From Callorhinchus milii (lineage: Eukaryota): a DNA stretch of 64,000 nt. The position numbers and the translations under genes are program-made. The stretch is from NCBI RefSeq assembly GCF_018977255.1, contig NW_024704742.1:8434001-8498000 (forward strand), read 5' to 3'. Positions within the stretch are counted from its first letter, which is position 1. Each line of letters starts with the position of its first letter. A model generated the notes under the pieces. It was not told the origin of the DNA. It saw only the letters and a program-made list of their open reading frames with translations, and made no database searches. Positions 23,330 to 35,569 of this stretch are shown here, piece after piece.

Positions 23330-24180
23330 CCCACCACAGACACCGAAGCCCCTCCAACACACACACATAAACTGTCCCCAACACACACAGACACCGTCCC
23401 CAACAGACAGACACCATCCCCCCTCCCCACACACACCCAGATACACAGACACTGTTCCCCCCACACACACAGATACACAGACACTGTTCCCCCAAACACA
23501 CTCACACAGACACCATCCCCAACATACACACAGACAGCGTCCCCAACACACACACAGACAGCGTCCCCAACACACACACAGACACCGTCCCCAACATACA
23601 CACAGACACTGTCCCCAGCACACACACAGACACCGTCCCCAACACACACACTCACACAGACACCGTCCCCAACATACACACAGACAGCGTCCCCAACACA
23701 CACACAGACAGCGTCCCCAACACACACACAGACACCGTCCCCAACATACACACAGACACTGTCCCCAGCACACACACAGACCATCCCCAACTCACACAAA
23801 GACACCGTCACCCACACTCACACAGATACACAGATACTGTCCCCACCCCCACACCCACAGACGCCATCCCCAACTCACACAGACACCATCCCCAACACAC
23901 ACACACATACACAGACACTGTCCCCAACACACACACAGACACTGTCGCCAACACACACAGACACCATCCCAACACACACACACATACACAGACACTGTCG
24001 CCAACAGACACTCAGACAACGTCTCCAACACACAGACACCATCCAAAACACAAATACGGTCCTCAATACACACACACTGTCCCCAACACAGACATCATTT
24101 CCCCAGCACACACACAGACATTGTCCCCCAAAACCCCCACCACACACACACACACACACACAGAAACACGGTGTCCCTGA
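23330..24180. repeat. CA-rich minisatellite, ~24-bp unit (acacacacagacaccgtccccaac), with a 150-bp higher-order duplication
   Basis: Unit visible throughout; the block starting aacatacacacagacagcgt occurs at 23521 and 23671. Confidence 0.92.
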
Positions 24181-24279
24181 TTCAGAGGGACGGCAGGAGG
24201 TTGTTATCTCACTCGGTGCAGTGGACACAGGATTAAAATAAAAAGTTAATATTGTCATCAATTCCAATAGATTAATTAC

Positions 24280-24301
24280 CTGGTTTGCAAATCTCTGCCA
24301 T
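24280..24301 (-). CDS. APOL: APOL-B first coding exon (MAEICKP), no hydrophobic leader
   Basis: Minus strand ATGGCAGAGATTTGCAAACCAG|GTAATT, acceptor ttgttcAG at 24335-24334, phase 1. Ends AAACCAG|GT like the APOL-C leader exon. Total 22+25+740-1 = 786 nt. Confidence 0.6.
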
Positions 24302-25553
24302 TGTGTGAACCGTTCCTGTGGTCAATGATTTTTCTGAACAACCTTTTGAAATTAAGAAAAACAATGTGAATCCAATCTCTCCCCATCATCAGTGACACAA
24401 ACACAGTCATTCTGATCATTATGTCAATCACCTCCTATATTTAAGCTTGAATTTATCAGTGATCAATAGGAAGGGATGTGTGTCTGAATTGTGGTTAGCA
24501 AGATGGTGGCAATGCTCTCACACATTTTCCACTTTTTAATGCTGAGTTGTGTTGCCCATCAGGAAGTTCGCAGAGAGTTGTTGGAACCTTCTATCAACCC
24601 AGTGAAGGCTCAAACCCAAACCCCTGGAAACCCCAGAGATAGATTGTTGGAATGGAATGCGCACTCTCTCCCTGGAGGGATGCATCCTGTTCACCTAATT
24701 CTGAGGAGAATCCCTGCACCCAGTAACCGGTCCTGCCGATCAGGCTACCTGGGCTATCATCAGCTCAGGGGGCTATATAAATACAAGCTGTTATTTTTGT
24801 TATTGTTGATGGGACAGTGCTCACTCAGATTGAGCCAAACACGATTCACTGCGTTACTCAGAAAGGTCATTTTAGAGCCTTAAAGTGTTGCCCACTGAGC
24901 AGGATTAGAGGACGGGCAGAGCTTCTCAGCCTGGTTTGGTTGTTTCTAGTTTTGAGACATTGAGTGGGATTCATTTCAGAACATTACAATGTTGTTTCTT
25001 ATTCAAGAAATGGAATGTGTTTAGAAATCCCTCATTGTGATCAATATTCAACATGTCTCTTCACCAGTGACCCACACAAGGTTACATCAACTTCCTTTGA
25101 TTTTTCCTCAAATACCCTGAGATGTCAGCCTAGTACTGTGTCCTGTGGACTCTCAGATATTGGGGAATTATCTTTGCTCTTGCTCAGCCTCACATTTACT
25201 GAAGTATCAGTAATCACACCCTCAATCACTCTCCGTGATAGAGAGAACCCTCACTCACTCTCTGTGATGGAGAGAAACAGGACTTAAACATGTAAATGCT
25301 TTAATGTGTGGATAACCACACAATGAAGACACAACAGTGCAATAGTCCAATTTGAGCACCCGCACAAGACAGACACGAAGACCAGGATAGTAAAGTAAAC
25401 ACAGAAGAGACACAAGCCAACGTCTGCACGTGAGCTATGTGACACGTTGTGGTTTGGAACAGTTTGAGACAGGTTCAGACAAAAGCCCTTGAGACAATCT
25501 GATCTAATCCCAGAATCCCTGCCACACATCCAGTCTGAAACTTTCAATCTCAC

Positions 25554-25760
25554 CTCAAATCTTCTTCCTTTGGTCTGGGTTAACGGTGAGGTCACTGGCT
25601 GGGTCACTCTGTCACTGGGTGGATCACTGGTGGATCATTGGGTGGATCACTGGCTGGGTAACTGGCTGGTCACAAAGTGACTGGCTGGGTCACTGGCTGG
25701 GTCACTGGATGACCAACTGGCTGGTGATGCAATGGAAGAATTCTAAGTCAGCTGCAATGA
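25554..25760 (-). other. APOL: Putative non-coding exon 1 of APOL-B (5' boundary approximate)
   Basis: Donor GAG|GTGAGA at 25554/25553, downstream of TATA-like TATATAT (~25784-25790) and an ISRE. Contains short ccagccagtgac repeats. Conserved in the inverted copy (donor at 55864). Confidence 0.45.
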
Positions 25761-25800
25761 GTTCAAGAAGCAGCATTCAGCAAATATATAGCTCATCATT

Positions 25801-25816
25801 CCTTTCACTTTCACTG
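25801..25816 (-). promoter_or_regulatory. IRF/ISRE element of the APOL-B promoter
   Basis: Minus strand CAGTGAAAGTGAAAGG about 10 bp upstream of TATATAT. Confidence 0.6.
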
Positions 25817-26257
25817 TAACCAACAGAAATGAACATGTGACTCCATAAACATTTACAAAGTAAGCAAAGCTGGTAATGAAATGTGAAAGGAGTTACTCAG
25901 TGAATAATAATAATATTCCTTGCATTTGATATAGTGCCTTGGCAGCCTTCGGAACCTACACTGCACCCTCTTCATAGTGTAATATCTATTCTATAATGTA
26001 GCCTACAATTTACAACTGCAGCCAAACAAATATATTCTATATGTATAAACATGCAGGGACATGGGTGGGGGTGGGGGGGGGGGGGGGGGTGTCAGGGGGA
26101 GGATGCAGTGAAGATCAAAGCCAGGAACCTCCAACTAGCCTTGGACCTGCCCTCCCAGTGCTGGTCTACATGATTCTTTTTGAGGCACAAAAACATTCAG
26201 TGTTCCAATTGTGATGTCCATCCACAAGAAGAGTCGGCCTAATGAGTCCGAGAACTA

Positions 26258-27730
26258 CAGCAACAACAGCAACATGCACTTATATATTGCTCCACGCAGG
26301 ACAGCATCTCAGAGCACTTAGCAATAATGGAGCCTGACTCCCTGCCGGGGTGGGGGTAGGTGACCGTAAGTACAGTCAAAAAGGAAGGTTTCAAGGTGGG
26401 ACTTGAAAAATGGGAGAGAGGGGGCAATGCGGAGGGATTGACGGAGAGTCTTCCAAAGTTTTGGGGCATAGTGGCTGAAAATGCGAACTCCGATGGTGGA
26501 GCGGAGGGTGCGAGGGACGAGCAGGAGGCCAGTGCCAGTCGAGCGGAGGTGCCGGGTGGTGGATTGGGAGGTGAGGAGGTCAGAGAGGTCGGGAGGTGCC
26601 AGGGAGTGAATGGATTTGAACACGAGAGTGAGGATCTTGAAGTCGATCCGTTCGGTGATGGGGAGCCAGTTGATTCTGGGCCAGAACTGGTGACATGTGG
26701 GTATTGAGTTTGGTCCGGGTCAATATGTGAGGAGCAGAGTTCTGAATGAGCTGGATTTTTTGAATAGTGGAGCTGGGGAGACCGGCGAGGGGTGCGTTTG
26801 AATAATCCAAGCAGGAGGCGACAACCGCATGCTCGAGACATTCGGCTGCATTTGGGGTATGGCACGGTTGGATATGGGCAATGTGGCAGAGGTGTAGGAA
26901 GGTGGTCCTGGTCAGGGACCAGATTTGGGGGAGGAGGGACAGCTGAGGGTCGAACCGGATGCCTAGATTGTGCACTGGTTCGGTGAGTATGAGGGAAAGC
27001 CCAGGGAGGTTGAGGAGTTTAGATCCGCAGGAGTGAAGATGTTGATGGGAGCCAAAAAGTATGCCTGCAAACTCCTGGCTTGTTGGGCCCCCAACTCCTC
27101 CCTTCATAGGCTGCAGATCAACCAGAACTCTGCAGCCTGTGTTATCTCCCGCTCCAGGCTCCGTGACCCTATCACCCCCATCCTCGCCCAACGCCACTGG
27201 CTTCCCATCATACAGAGGATACAGTTCAAGATCCTGGTCCTCACTTTCAAAGCCCTCCATGATCTTGCTCCCCCCTACCTCTGCGACCTCCTAACCCCCT
27301 ACCATCCTGCCCGATCCCTCCGCTCAGTGGGCTCCGGCCTACTTCATGCCCCCCACTTCACTCACCCCACCATTGGCGGGCGGGCCTTCTGACACTCTGT
27401 CTCCACTCTCTGCGACTCCATCCGGCAGTCCCTTTGCCTCGTCCCCTCCCTTGCTTCCTTCAAGACCCATTTCAAGACCTTCCTCTTCGACTGTGCTTTC
27501 GATTAGCCTCTGCTTCCCCCCTGCCCTCACCCTCCCTGATCCCAACTCCCAGCTTGGGTCCAAAACTCTGACTGTCCGGTACCTTAGGATGTCTTCCCAA
27601 CTTGTCTTCCCTCCTTCAAGGCATATCTCAAGACCTTCCTCTTCAACTGCACCTTCAGTCACTCTCCTACCTTTGCCCTCCACTCTTCCTGGTCCCACTC
27701 CTGGCTCAGGTCCAAATCACTGATTGTCCA
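26258..27730. mobile_element. Composite L2 fragments (minus ~26258-27065, plus ~27070-27730)
   Basis: L2 ORF2 C-terminal peptides (HWLPIIQRIQFKILVLTFKALHDLAPPYL; LDYSNAPLAGLP). Confidence 0.85.
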
Positions 27731-27930
27731 GCTCATTCCTCTAACTACTAGATTACTAGTCACTTTATCTTTTATTATAGATTCCAACATTTTGCTCACA
27801 ATCAAGTCACTGGCCTTGGGTTTCCTGGATTAGCTTTACCACCATTTTTTACAAATAGTTATAACATTGGTCATTCTCCAGTCCTTCCTTTCTCTACAGA
27901 GTTCTTATATATATATATGTATATTATATG

Positions 27931-28050
27931 TGGAGTCCTGTAGCTCAGTGGTTAGAGCACTCGCTTTGCAAATGAGAGACCTGAGTTCAATTCCAGTCAG
28001 GACGAAACCTTGGGCAAGTTTCCTTACTCCACACAGAGCCTAATAATAAT
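27931..28050 (+). mobile_element. tRNA-Deu SINE, 5' portion only
   Basis: GGAGTCCTGTAGCTCAGTGGTTAGAGCACTCGCTTTGCAA...gagcctaataataat, then truncated. Confidence 0.85.
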
Positions 28051-28171
28051 CTTAGCACACTGTCTAGTCTTTTTTTCAGTGTCGTTTGCTCTGACATGTC
28101 TACCACATTTCCTGCTTGCTTTACTTTTTTGCAGTCCTGTAGCTCAGTGGTTAGAGCACATGTCTTGCGAG

Positions 28172-29320
28172 TGTAAGATTATACTTTTGATGTTTAATGT
28201 TTTTTAAGGCTTTTAATTAATCTTTATATACATTTAAAATGTAACCTACCCACAATCCTTTAATAAGATTTGTTTGATTTAATGACTAGTTTAGCAGGGG
28301 TTAGAAAGTAGCTTCGCTGGACCAGTTGAGGTCAGTTTCTGATTGAATGGCTTTCGCCTCAACACCTGCCTATCTCAAGGCTGAAAAACAAGCAGGCTGC
28401 GGAAGGCTGCTGAGAAGTTGTTCATATTTCTCTCTCTGCAAAGCAGCCTGTGAAGGGTGGGGTCTATCTCTGCGACGAGGGGAGGTGGAGTTAGAAACAC
28501 ATAAAAGAAAGATGTAACTGAAATAGTTGGAGATGTGTAGGGGGTCATCGCACTTCCCAGTGGAATCAATATAAATTAATAAACCTTGGATTATTGCACC
28601 ACCGTAATGGTCGTCTCCATCTGAATCTCTTACAAATTGTCGAACCAGCCAGGAGCCCAGTAAGACACAAGTGATATAAAGGCGAGGGGTTTGTGCAAAA
28701 TAGCCGGAAAGGAAGGCTTGATCCCCATAATGAAGGGGGATCATCCCTATCAGAGTGCAAGACTTTAGGTTGAAAATTCCAGCCTTAAGCTCCTACAGCA
28801 TGGAGCTAGTGTAGTAGAATTCTAGTTAAGTGCAAAGATCGGAGAGTTGCAGAGCCAGTTAGGACTGGCCACATCACGATGTGTAGCCTTTGCAAATGGA
28901 TGTAGAGAAAATGAAGACCTTAAGGAAAAGTTAAGGGAAGTATAAGAAAAATTGTACGATGCTCAATCGGTGCTGCGGATGGCTTTGAGAAAGCCAGTGG
29001 AACGTCCGGCTGATCATTGACATCATCAGAGAAGTATTCAGGAAGAAAGGGATGGAACCTCCAAGCCCGAGCAGTAGCAGAAAGTTACAAACAAAAGTTA
29101 GATTTTGATGGGGACATAGATTGGGATGGTCTGGATGATGAGGTGTACCACTATCACGAGGATGACCCATATGGACCCCATTTTTGGGACAATGTCCCCT
29201 ATGGAATCGCTCCCACACTTTTATCAACAAATGACCCAAGCTAGCACCCTGGAGGAAAACAAAAGCCTGTGGCAGTGAAATATACATCAGATACCTATGC
29301 CTCACGTGTCCTAAAAGTAT
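28172..29320 (+). mobile_element. LTR element 5' part: LTR (28172-28634), tRNA-Arg(ACG)-type PBS (28638-28655), decayed leader/gag-like sequence
   Basis: Perfect terminal inverted repeat TGTAAGA...TCTTACA with internal AATAAA (~28578). It is followed by TGTCGAACCAGCCAGGAG, 16/18 identical to the complement of the tRNA-Arg(ACG) 3' end (TGGCGAGCCAGCCAGGAG). Confidence 0.75.
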
Positions 29321-29415
29321 GTGTGTTTTAGCACATTATCTTGTCTTTTTTTCAAAGTTGTTTGCTCGGACATGTCTACCGCATTTCCTGTTTGCTTTAC
29401 CTTATACTTGTTTGC

Positions 29416-29730
29416 AGTCGTGTAGCTCAGTGGTTGGAGCACTTGTCTCGTAAGTGAGAGTACCTAGGTTCGATTCCCGGGCAGGGCAAAGCTTTGGGCA
29501 AGTTTCCTTACTTCCTTACTTTTTACCTAGCAGTAAGTAGGAACCCGGTTTTTAGTCATTGCTTTTGCAAAAAAAATAATTTGAATCCATGACTGTTTGT
29601 GGGTCACTGCTGTGTGCAATTGGCTGCTGCGTTTCGCCCACAAAATACACAGTCAATTCACTTTACAGTACATTCTGTGAAGCGCTTTGACATGTCTTGA
29701 ATATGTGATAAAGTGCTATATTATTATTGC
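29416..29730 (+). mobile_element. Diverged tRNA-Deu SINE
   Basis: Head gtagctcagtggttggagcac, core tgtgtgcaattggctgctgcg, tail gtgctatattattatt. Confidence 0.8.
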
Positions 29731-30304
29731 TATTCATCTAGTTTAGCCGATATACATGGTTAGGTGGCCTACCATTCCCGTTACACTGTGCAGTGCTGCT
29801 GCTGTATCCCCGTTGTCACAACTCACTTCTTTTATGGGCTGTAGCCCCTAAAACTCTCCCGCGTTAATCTGGCCCTGTTGACCTGTTTGAAAGCGGGGAG
29901 GGAGGGAGTTGGAGGGACTTCAGGGAAAGAGTTCCTGAGAGCTGGGGAGACAAAATAGCGATGGTAAGGCAGATGGGGCGGGGGGTAAAATTGTTCATTC
30001 AGTCCATGGCTGTTCATGGGACCTTGCCTGGTCCAACTTGGCTGAGCATTCACCCACAAAACATAGAATCCCACATACGCTTTGAAAGACTTGAAAGACT
30101 CTGTATCAAATGAAACAATGAATATTATTATTACAATCTATGGGGAAGGAGTAATGCATGTAATTTAGATAGAAAATACATTCAAATGCGACAGGCAATA
30201 TTTTAAGGAAGGCACAGAGGTAAATGCCTCAATTTCTAAGTCACTGATCACTTGTGTGAGTTGTGTGGGAACAACAGATCTAATTGTATGTATAATATTA
30301 ACAG

Positions 30305-30877
30305 AAACAAGTTGAAATCATGGAACAATATAAAAAGGATAGTACAGAAATGGCAGATTGTTGCAATCAGTGTATTAACACTATTCAATTCTTACATCAC
30401 TGCAATGATTCCCAATATGCAATGGTTCCCAATATGCAATATGCAATATGCAATATGCAATGGTTCCCAATGTACGTTTGAGACGATAGCTGAAACCTTA
30501 GCAAAAAGAGTGAAGGTTCTTTCTAAAGTGTGCAAAGCAGCGAGATGTGCAGCAAAGACAGCAGCCAATAAAGCAGTAGAAAGAGCTGCAGGTAAAGCAG
30601 TGAGCAAAGCAGTGAGCAAAGCAATGTGCAGAACCACAAGCAAACAGACATTAGGCACACTGCAGACTCACAGTTGATTCAGAACTCCTTGCATGGGATG
30701 TCTATTCTATAGTAAAGGAATCAAAGGAACTTGCAGAGGGATCTGGGACAGAACTTGCCAAATAGAAATGAAAATCAGATAGAGGATGAAATAATGATGT
30801 ATGAAAAGATTTATAACCACTTAGAAGGTATTACAGAGAATGATACAGCACAGAAACAGGTCACACAACCGAACTAG
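30305..30877 (+). pseudogene. APOL: APOL pseudogene (paralogue of the APOL-A terminal exon)
   Basis: Aligns to 11260-12011. About 350 bp after the acceptor (including the GATIANITGS...AAPFT hairpin) is deleted, with frameshifts and stops. Homology continues in the 3' flank to ~31640 (=12772). Confidence 0.88.
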
Positions 30878-31978
30878 TCCTGAGGATGCAATTATGTGGG
30901 CTGAAGGGACTTGTTCATTTGAACCGCTCAAGGTAGTGAGGAGTGAGTGAGTGAGTGAGACAGTGAGTGAGTGAGCAAATGAATGAGTCAGTGCGTGAGT
31001 GAATATATGAGGCAGCAGGCGAGTGAGTGAGTGAGGGAATCAGGGACGGAGGGAGGGAGGCAGTGAGTGAGTGAACATTTGAGCGTATGAGAGAAGTACA
31101 TGAACCTGCCTGTTCCTTTCCCCTCTCCTATAGCCCTATTCCTTTCTCTCCCATGTATGAATCAAGTTTTCTCTTAAATAGATTGATGCTTTCTGCTGCA
31201 ACCATAGCTCACAATCCTCTGTGTGAAGAAATCCCCCCTAAACTCTGTTTAACATCTCCTGCTGACAATTTTAGATTATAATCTGTAGTTTTGGACTTAC
31301 TAACAGGTAAAACAACCCATCAACATCTAACTTATTAAATCCTTTCATAATCTAAAACCCCTCCATTAGCTTCACTCACAATCATCTCAACTCGAGAGAG
31401 AAAAGTTCCAAACTGTCTAGTCTTTCCTGATAGACGTATCCACTCATCCCTGGGAACATCCTTATAAATTACGACATCCTAGTAAAATTACAGTGCGACA
31501 GGAAAGTGAATCAATCAGGTGGCCCAGGGGGAGGGACAGAGGAACCATGTCCCTCTGTACAGGCCTGGGCGGCCTTGTTAATGATAGGACACTGCCTCTG
31601 TAGAGGGAGATGTTTCCTCTGTCCCTCCCCCTCTACAGACGCAATGTCTCATCAATAATTCGAACGAAAAATTTCCGCGAAAATCTTTTTTTTAACCACA
31701 CACCAGTCCCCTCAACATCAGCACCCCCACACTCTAGTCCCCCTAACAACCGCCCACTGACCAGCCCGCCAAACACCATCCCCCCCCCCCAGCAACACCT
31801 GAAGACCTTCCTTTTTGACCATCCCTACGGTCATCCTCCTTCTGTCCCTGACTCAGTGTCAGACTCCGCACTGTTGAGCGCTCCTACACACTACCCCATG
31901 TGAAGGGCTGTGTAAAGGCAAACTGGTGTTTGTGTTGATTTGTGGGTAAGCCCGACAGCCAATATGGAGTCCTGTTGG

Positions 31979-32290
31979 TGGATCCTGTAGCTCAGTGGTT
32001 AGAGCACTTGCCTCGCAAGTGAGAAACCTGGGTTCGATTCCCGGCAGAGCAAAACCTTGGTCAAGTTTCCTTACTCTACACGTCTGATAATAAACCCTCA
32101 AGAAAAAAAGCAATAATAAATTGGTCATTTTCAATCCACAACTGTTTGTGGGATGCTGCTGTGCGCAATTGGCTGCTGCATTTCGCCCACAAATATACAG
32201 TCAATTCACTTTACAGTATATCCTGTGAAGTGCTTTGAGACGTCTAGAAGACGTGATAAGGCGCTATATCAAATGCAAGGATTATTATTT
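31979..32290 (+). mobile_element. tRNA-Deu SINE
   Basis: Head, Deu core and ggattattatt tail present. Confidence 0.88.
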
Positions 32291-34776
32291 TTCATTGTAT
32301 GCGCACAGCAGACAGGACCTTGGTTTAACGTCTCACCCTAAGGACAACACCTCCGAGAACCTGTCTCTCTTCCAGCACTAGGTTGGAGAGTCAGCCTGGA
32401 CTGACAGCTCGTGGAAAAAATCCCCACCTGATGTTCAGTCGGTTTTTTAACTTCACTTCAACAGATGCAATAACTGGCTCCAGGTGGCAGTGTCCCCTAT
32501 AACCTGAACTGTGTCCAACACCAGAACCTTGTGACCACAATCAAACCTCAATTACCAGATTGTCAGCTATTGTACCTGGTGCCCTCAGTATTACCAGTGT
32601 TTAAATATGAATATACTCAGAGCCGGAAGTAATAATAATCCATGCATTTGATACAGCGCCTTTCATATCAGCAGGATGTCTCAAAGGCCTTCACAGCAGG
32701 GGAGTGACTGTATATTTTGTGGGTGGATTAGGCAGCCAATTTGCTCACAGCATTATCCCACACACAGCCATGAACTGTACCTAGGAGATTGTTGAACCTT
32801 CTCCTTTTGACTCGTGCCGCAAGATATTTAATGTCCAGCTGACCAGGCAGATTGGACCTAGTTTAACAGCTCTATCTGAAGGGTTCTGAGACACTATTCT
32901 GCTTGAAGGATGAGGTATCATCAATAGCGGGTTTTATAAATGCATAAATGCAAGTATATAAATGCATGTTGATGTTGAAGGACAGTACTTCTGACAATAC
33001 AACATACCCCCAGCACGGAAGTAGTGTGACAGCCTACACCAAGGTGGTTCCATCCATGCCAGCGGATGATTTCACCTGGCCTGAGATCATTTCCCACTGT
33101 GGGGCACCCCCTCCCTCCCTGATGAACTGTATTCTCATAGCAGTGGCCTAAACTATGTGAGTTCCAAATCCCTGACCTAGAGTTCGAACCTATAAACATT
33201 TAACTCATAGGTAAGAGTGCTACTTTAAGACAGGCTGACATATGATCCTGTCACCAACTTTGGAAACTGTGAGTGCACGTGGGAACTTTAGGTGAGGGAC
33301 AGGATTTGAGCTGTTTCCACCCCTACCCCACCTCCCCAGGGATGGTGGACTCTCCTGCCCCTCACTCTCAAGGTCATGTATGAATGGGAGCTCAGGCAGA
33401 GGTGTAGGAGGTGCCTGTGGAGATGCCCCTCAGTGTAGAGAGAAGTGCAACAAGTTGTGGTGAGAGCTGGCAGCATGGATTTTGGGAATCAGAGCAGCAC
33501 ATGCTGTGAAACTAACATTTAATATACTGTAATGGGCACTAGGAACGCAGGACAGGAAGGCTTGAGGGGAGTCTGTGACCTCTCCTTCTCCATTTCAAAC
33601 ACCATATTACATTCAATTATACACATATTGTGGTCACTGATTCCAAGTTGGTCTCTAACCACCAGATTATTAACTCTGGTTCATTACTCATTGCCAAATC
33701 TAGCATTGCCTGGTCCCTTGTAAGTTCTAAAACTTACTGTTTTGGAAAACAATCCTGTGTGCATTCCGAAAATGTACTCATTATTTGCAGCTGTAATGTT
33801 CCTAGTACTATCCTCCTGGGGGTGGATGGGGAGTGTGGAGATAAGTGGGGTCTCCTCGGTGCTGAACTGGTTCCAAGAATCATGGTTGGCAGTGGAATGT
33901 CAGAATCAAGCCAGCCATCTGTGACGGTCTCCAGCCCCGTTCCTCAGCCAAGCAGGTCTGCAGTATTCCAGGGCATTTCTGATTCCAGACTGGCTCATTG
34001 GCAGGATTTGGAAGAGCAGACCAATCGCTGGGGGCAGGGACTCTACCCACTCAGCTCCTGTTAATCCTCAAGCCAAAGAATCCTCTGGGGTCCCAAACCT
34101 TCAACCATCTGATGTAATTTCTCCAGAACCTCCACCATAACATCTGCCTGTACACAGTGCTGACCGAGCACTATCTTGCTCTCAATGGCAAGTTATGCTG
34201 TCTCAGCTGGTTTAACTCCATTAGATATCTCCACCCATACTCTGATATATTAGTTCAATTCTCCACATGAGGCTTGGATGCACAACCAAGCCTCAGAGGC
34301 CTGAGAGCTGCTAACCTAGTCAGGCTGGCACACAATAGATAGCTCTTTATATCAAAAGTTATGACAAACATTCTGGTGCATGAACTATCAGTGCGGAACC
34401 ATCACAGTGATCTTTATTATTGGTCTCCCACCGATCCACCCTGTAACCTTGTCCTGTGCCCTGTGGACTCTCAGGGACTGGAATCCAGAATTATTGCTCA
34501 GCTTCACATTTACCAGAATATCAGTGATCGCACCTTCATTTATTCCTTCACCTTTGTCCTGTCCCACCATCTTATGTTTAAATTAGTCATATTCTTTAGA
34601 GCCAATATTGAATGGGTGAGTGAACATGAAAGTGAAAGGAACTTGTTGGAGTTTCCGTGCTGGTGAACGTTCTACACTGAATATGATTGATTTTGGGCAG
34701 TGTGTTAGGCCAAGTGAGGTTACTGGAGCTTGGTGTTCAGACAGTCACTTCAGCACTGTTTGTGATATTTCATGTC

Positions 34777-35400
34777 AACAACAACAAATTACATTTATAT
34801 AGCACCTTTGATGGGGGGAGGGGGGAGGGCAGGTGGGAAGCAGGGAGAGTGAAAGGCACGGTGGAAGAGGAGAATCTTGAGGTGGGTCTTGAAAGTGGAA
34901 GGATGGAGGGACTGTAGGATGGAGTTCCAGAGGGTGGGTGCAGAGTGGCAGAAGGCCCGCCTGCCGATAGTGCGGCGAGCGAGGCGGGGGACGTGAAGTA
35001 GACCGGAGCCCACTGAGTGGAGGGAGTGAACAGGGTGGTAGGCGGTTAGGAAGTCGGAGAGATAGGGGGAGCAAGACCATGGAGGGCTTTTAAGGTGAGG
35101 ACCAGGGTCTTGAACTGTATCCTCTGTGTAATGGGAAGCCATTGGAATTAGGTAAGGATAGGGGTGATAGGGCCACGGAGCCTAGTGCGGGAGAGGACAC
35201 AGGTCTCAGAGTTCTGGATGATCTGAGGCCTGTGGAGGGAGGAGTTCGGGAGACCAACAACAGTGAGTTTGCATAGTTGAGCCTCAATGTAATGAAGGCG
35301 TGTATGAGGGTTTCGGTGGCCTGTAGTGTGAGACAGTTTTGGAGCGGGGCTACGTTCCGAAGGTGGGGAAAGGCAGATCGGGTCATGGAACAGATATGGG
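34777..35400 (-). mobile_element. L2 3' fragment
   Basis: Minus-strand L2 C-terminal peptides (ETLIHAFITLRLNYANSLL; APTLWNSI...FKTHLKILLF) and ttgttg tail. Confidence 0.85.
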
Positions 35401-35569
35401 ATAGAAATGCCAAGCAGGATAATGCAACAATACGACACCCCCCAGTGCTGCATTCGACTGTGATTCCAAGTCCTGATGTAAGGCTTGAACCCACAACCTT
35501 TCAACTCAGAGACGAAAGTGCTACCACCGAGCCAGATTAACACTAACTATTGAATTTAATATGGTGTCT

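Noticed and set aside
23173..24267. Long Cys/Val/Gly- or His/Thr-rich ORFs (up to 340 aa)
   Set aside because: Translation of the CA minisatellite, open in several frames on both strands. The same applies to 55965-56883.
33520..34360. Non-repetitive-looking segment with a 144-aa ORF
   Set aside because: No recognisable motif or splice context. May be a decayed element, but cannot be supported without a search.
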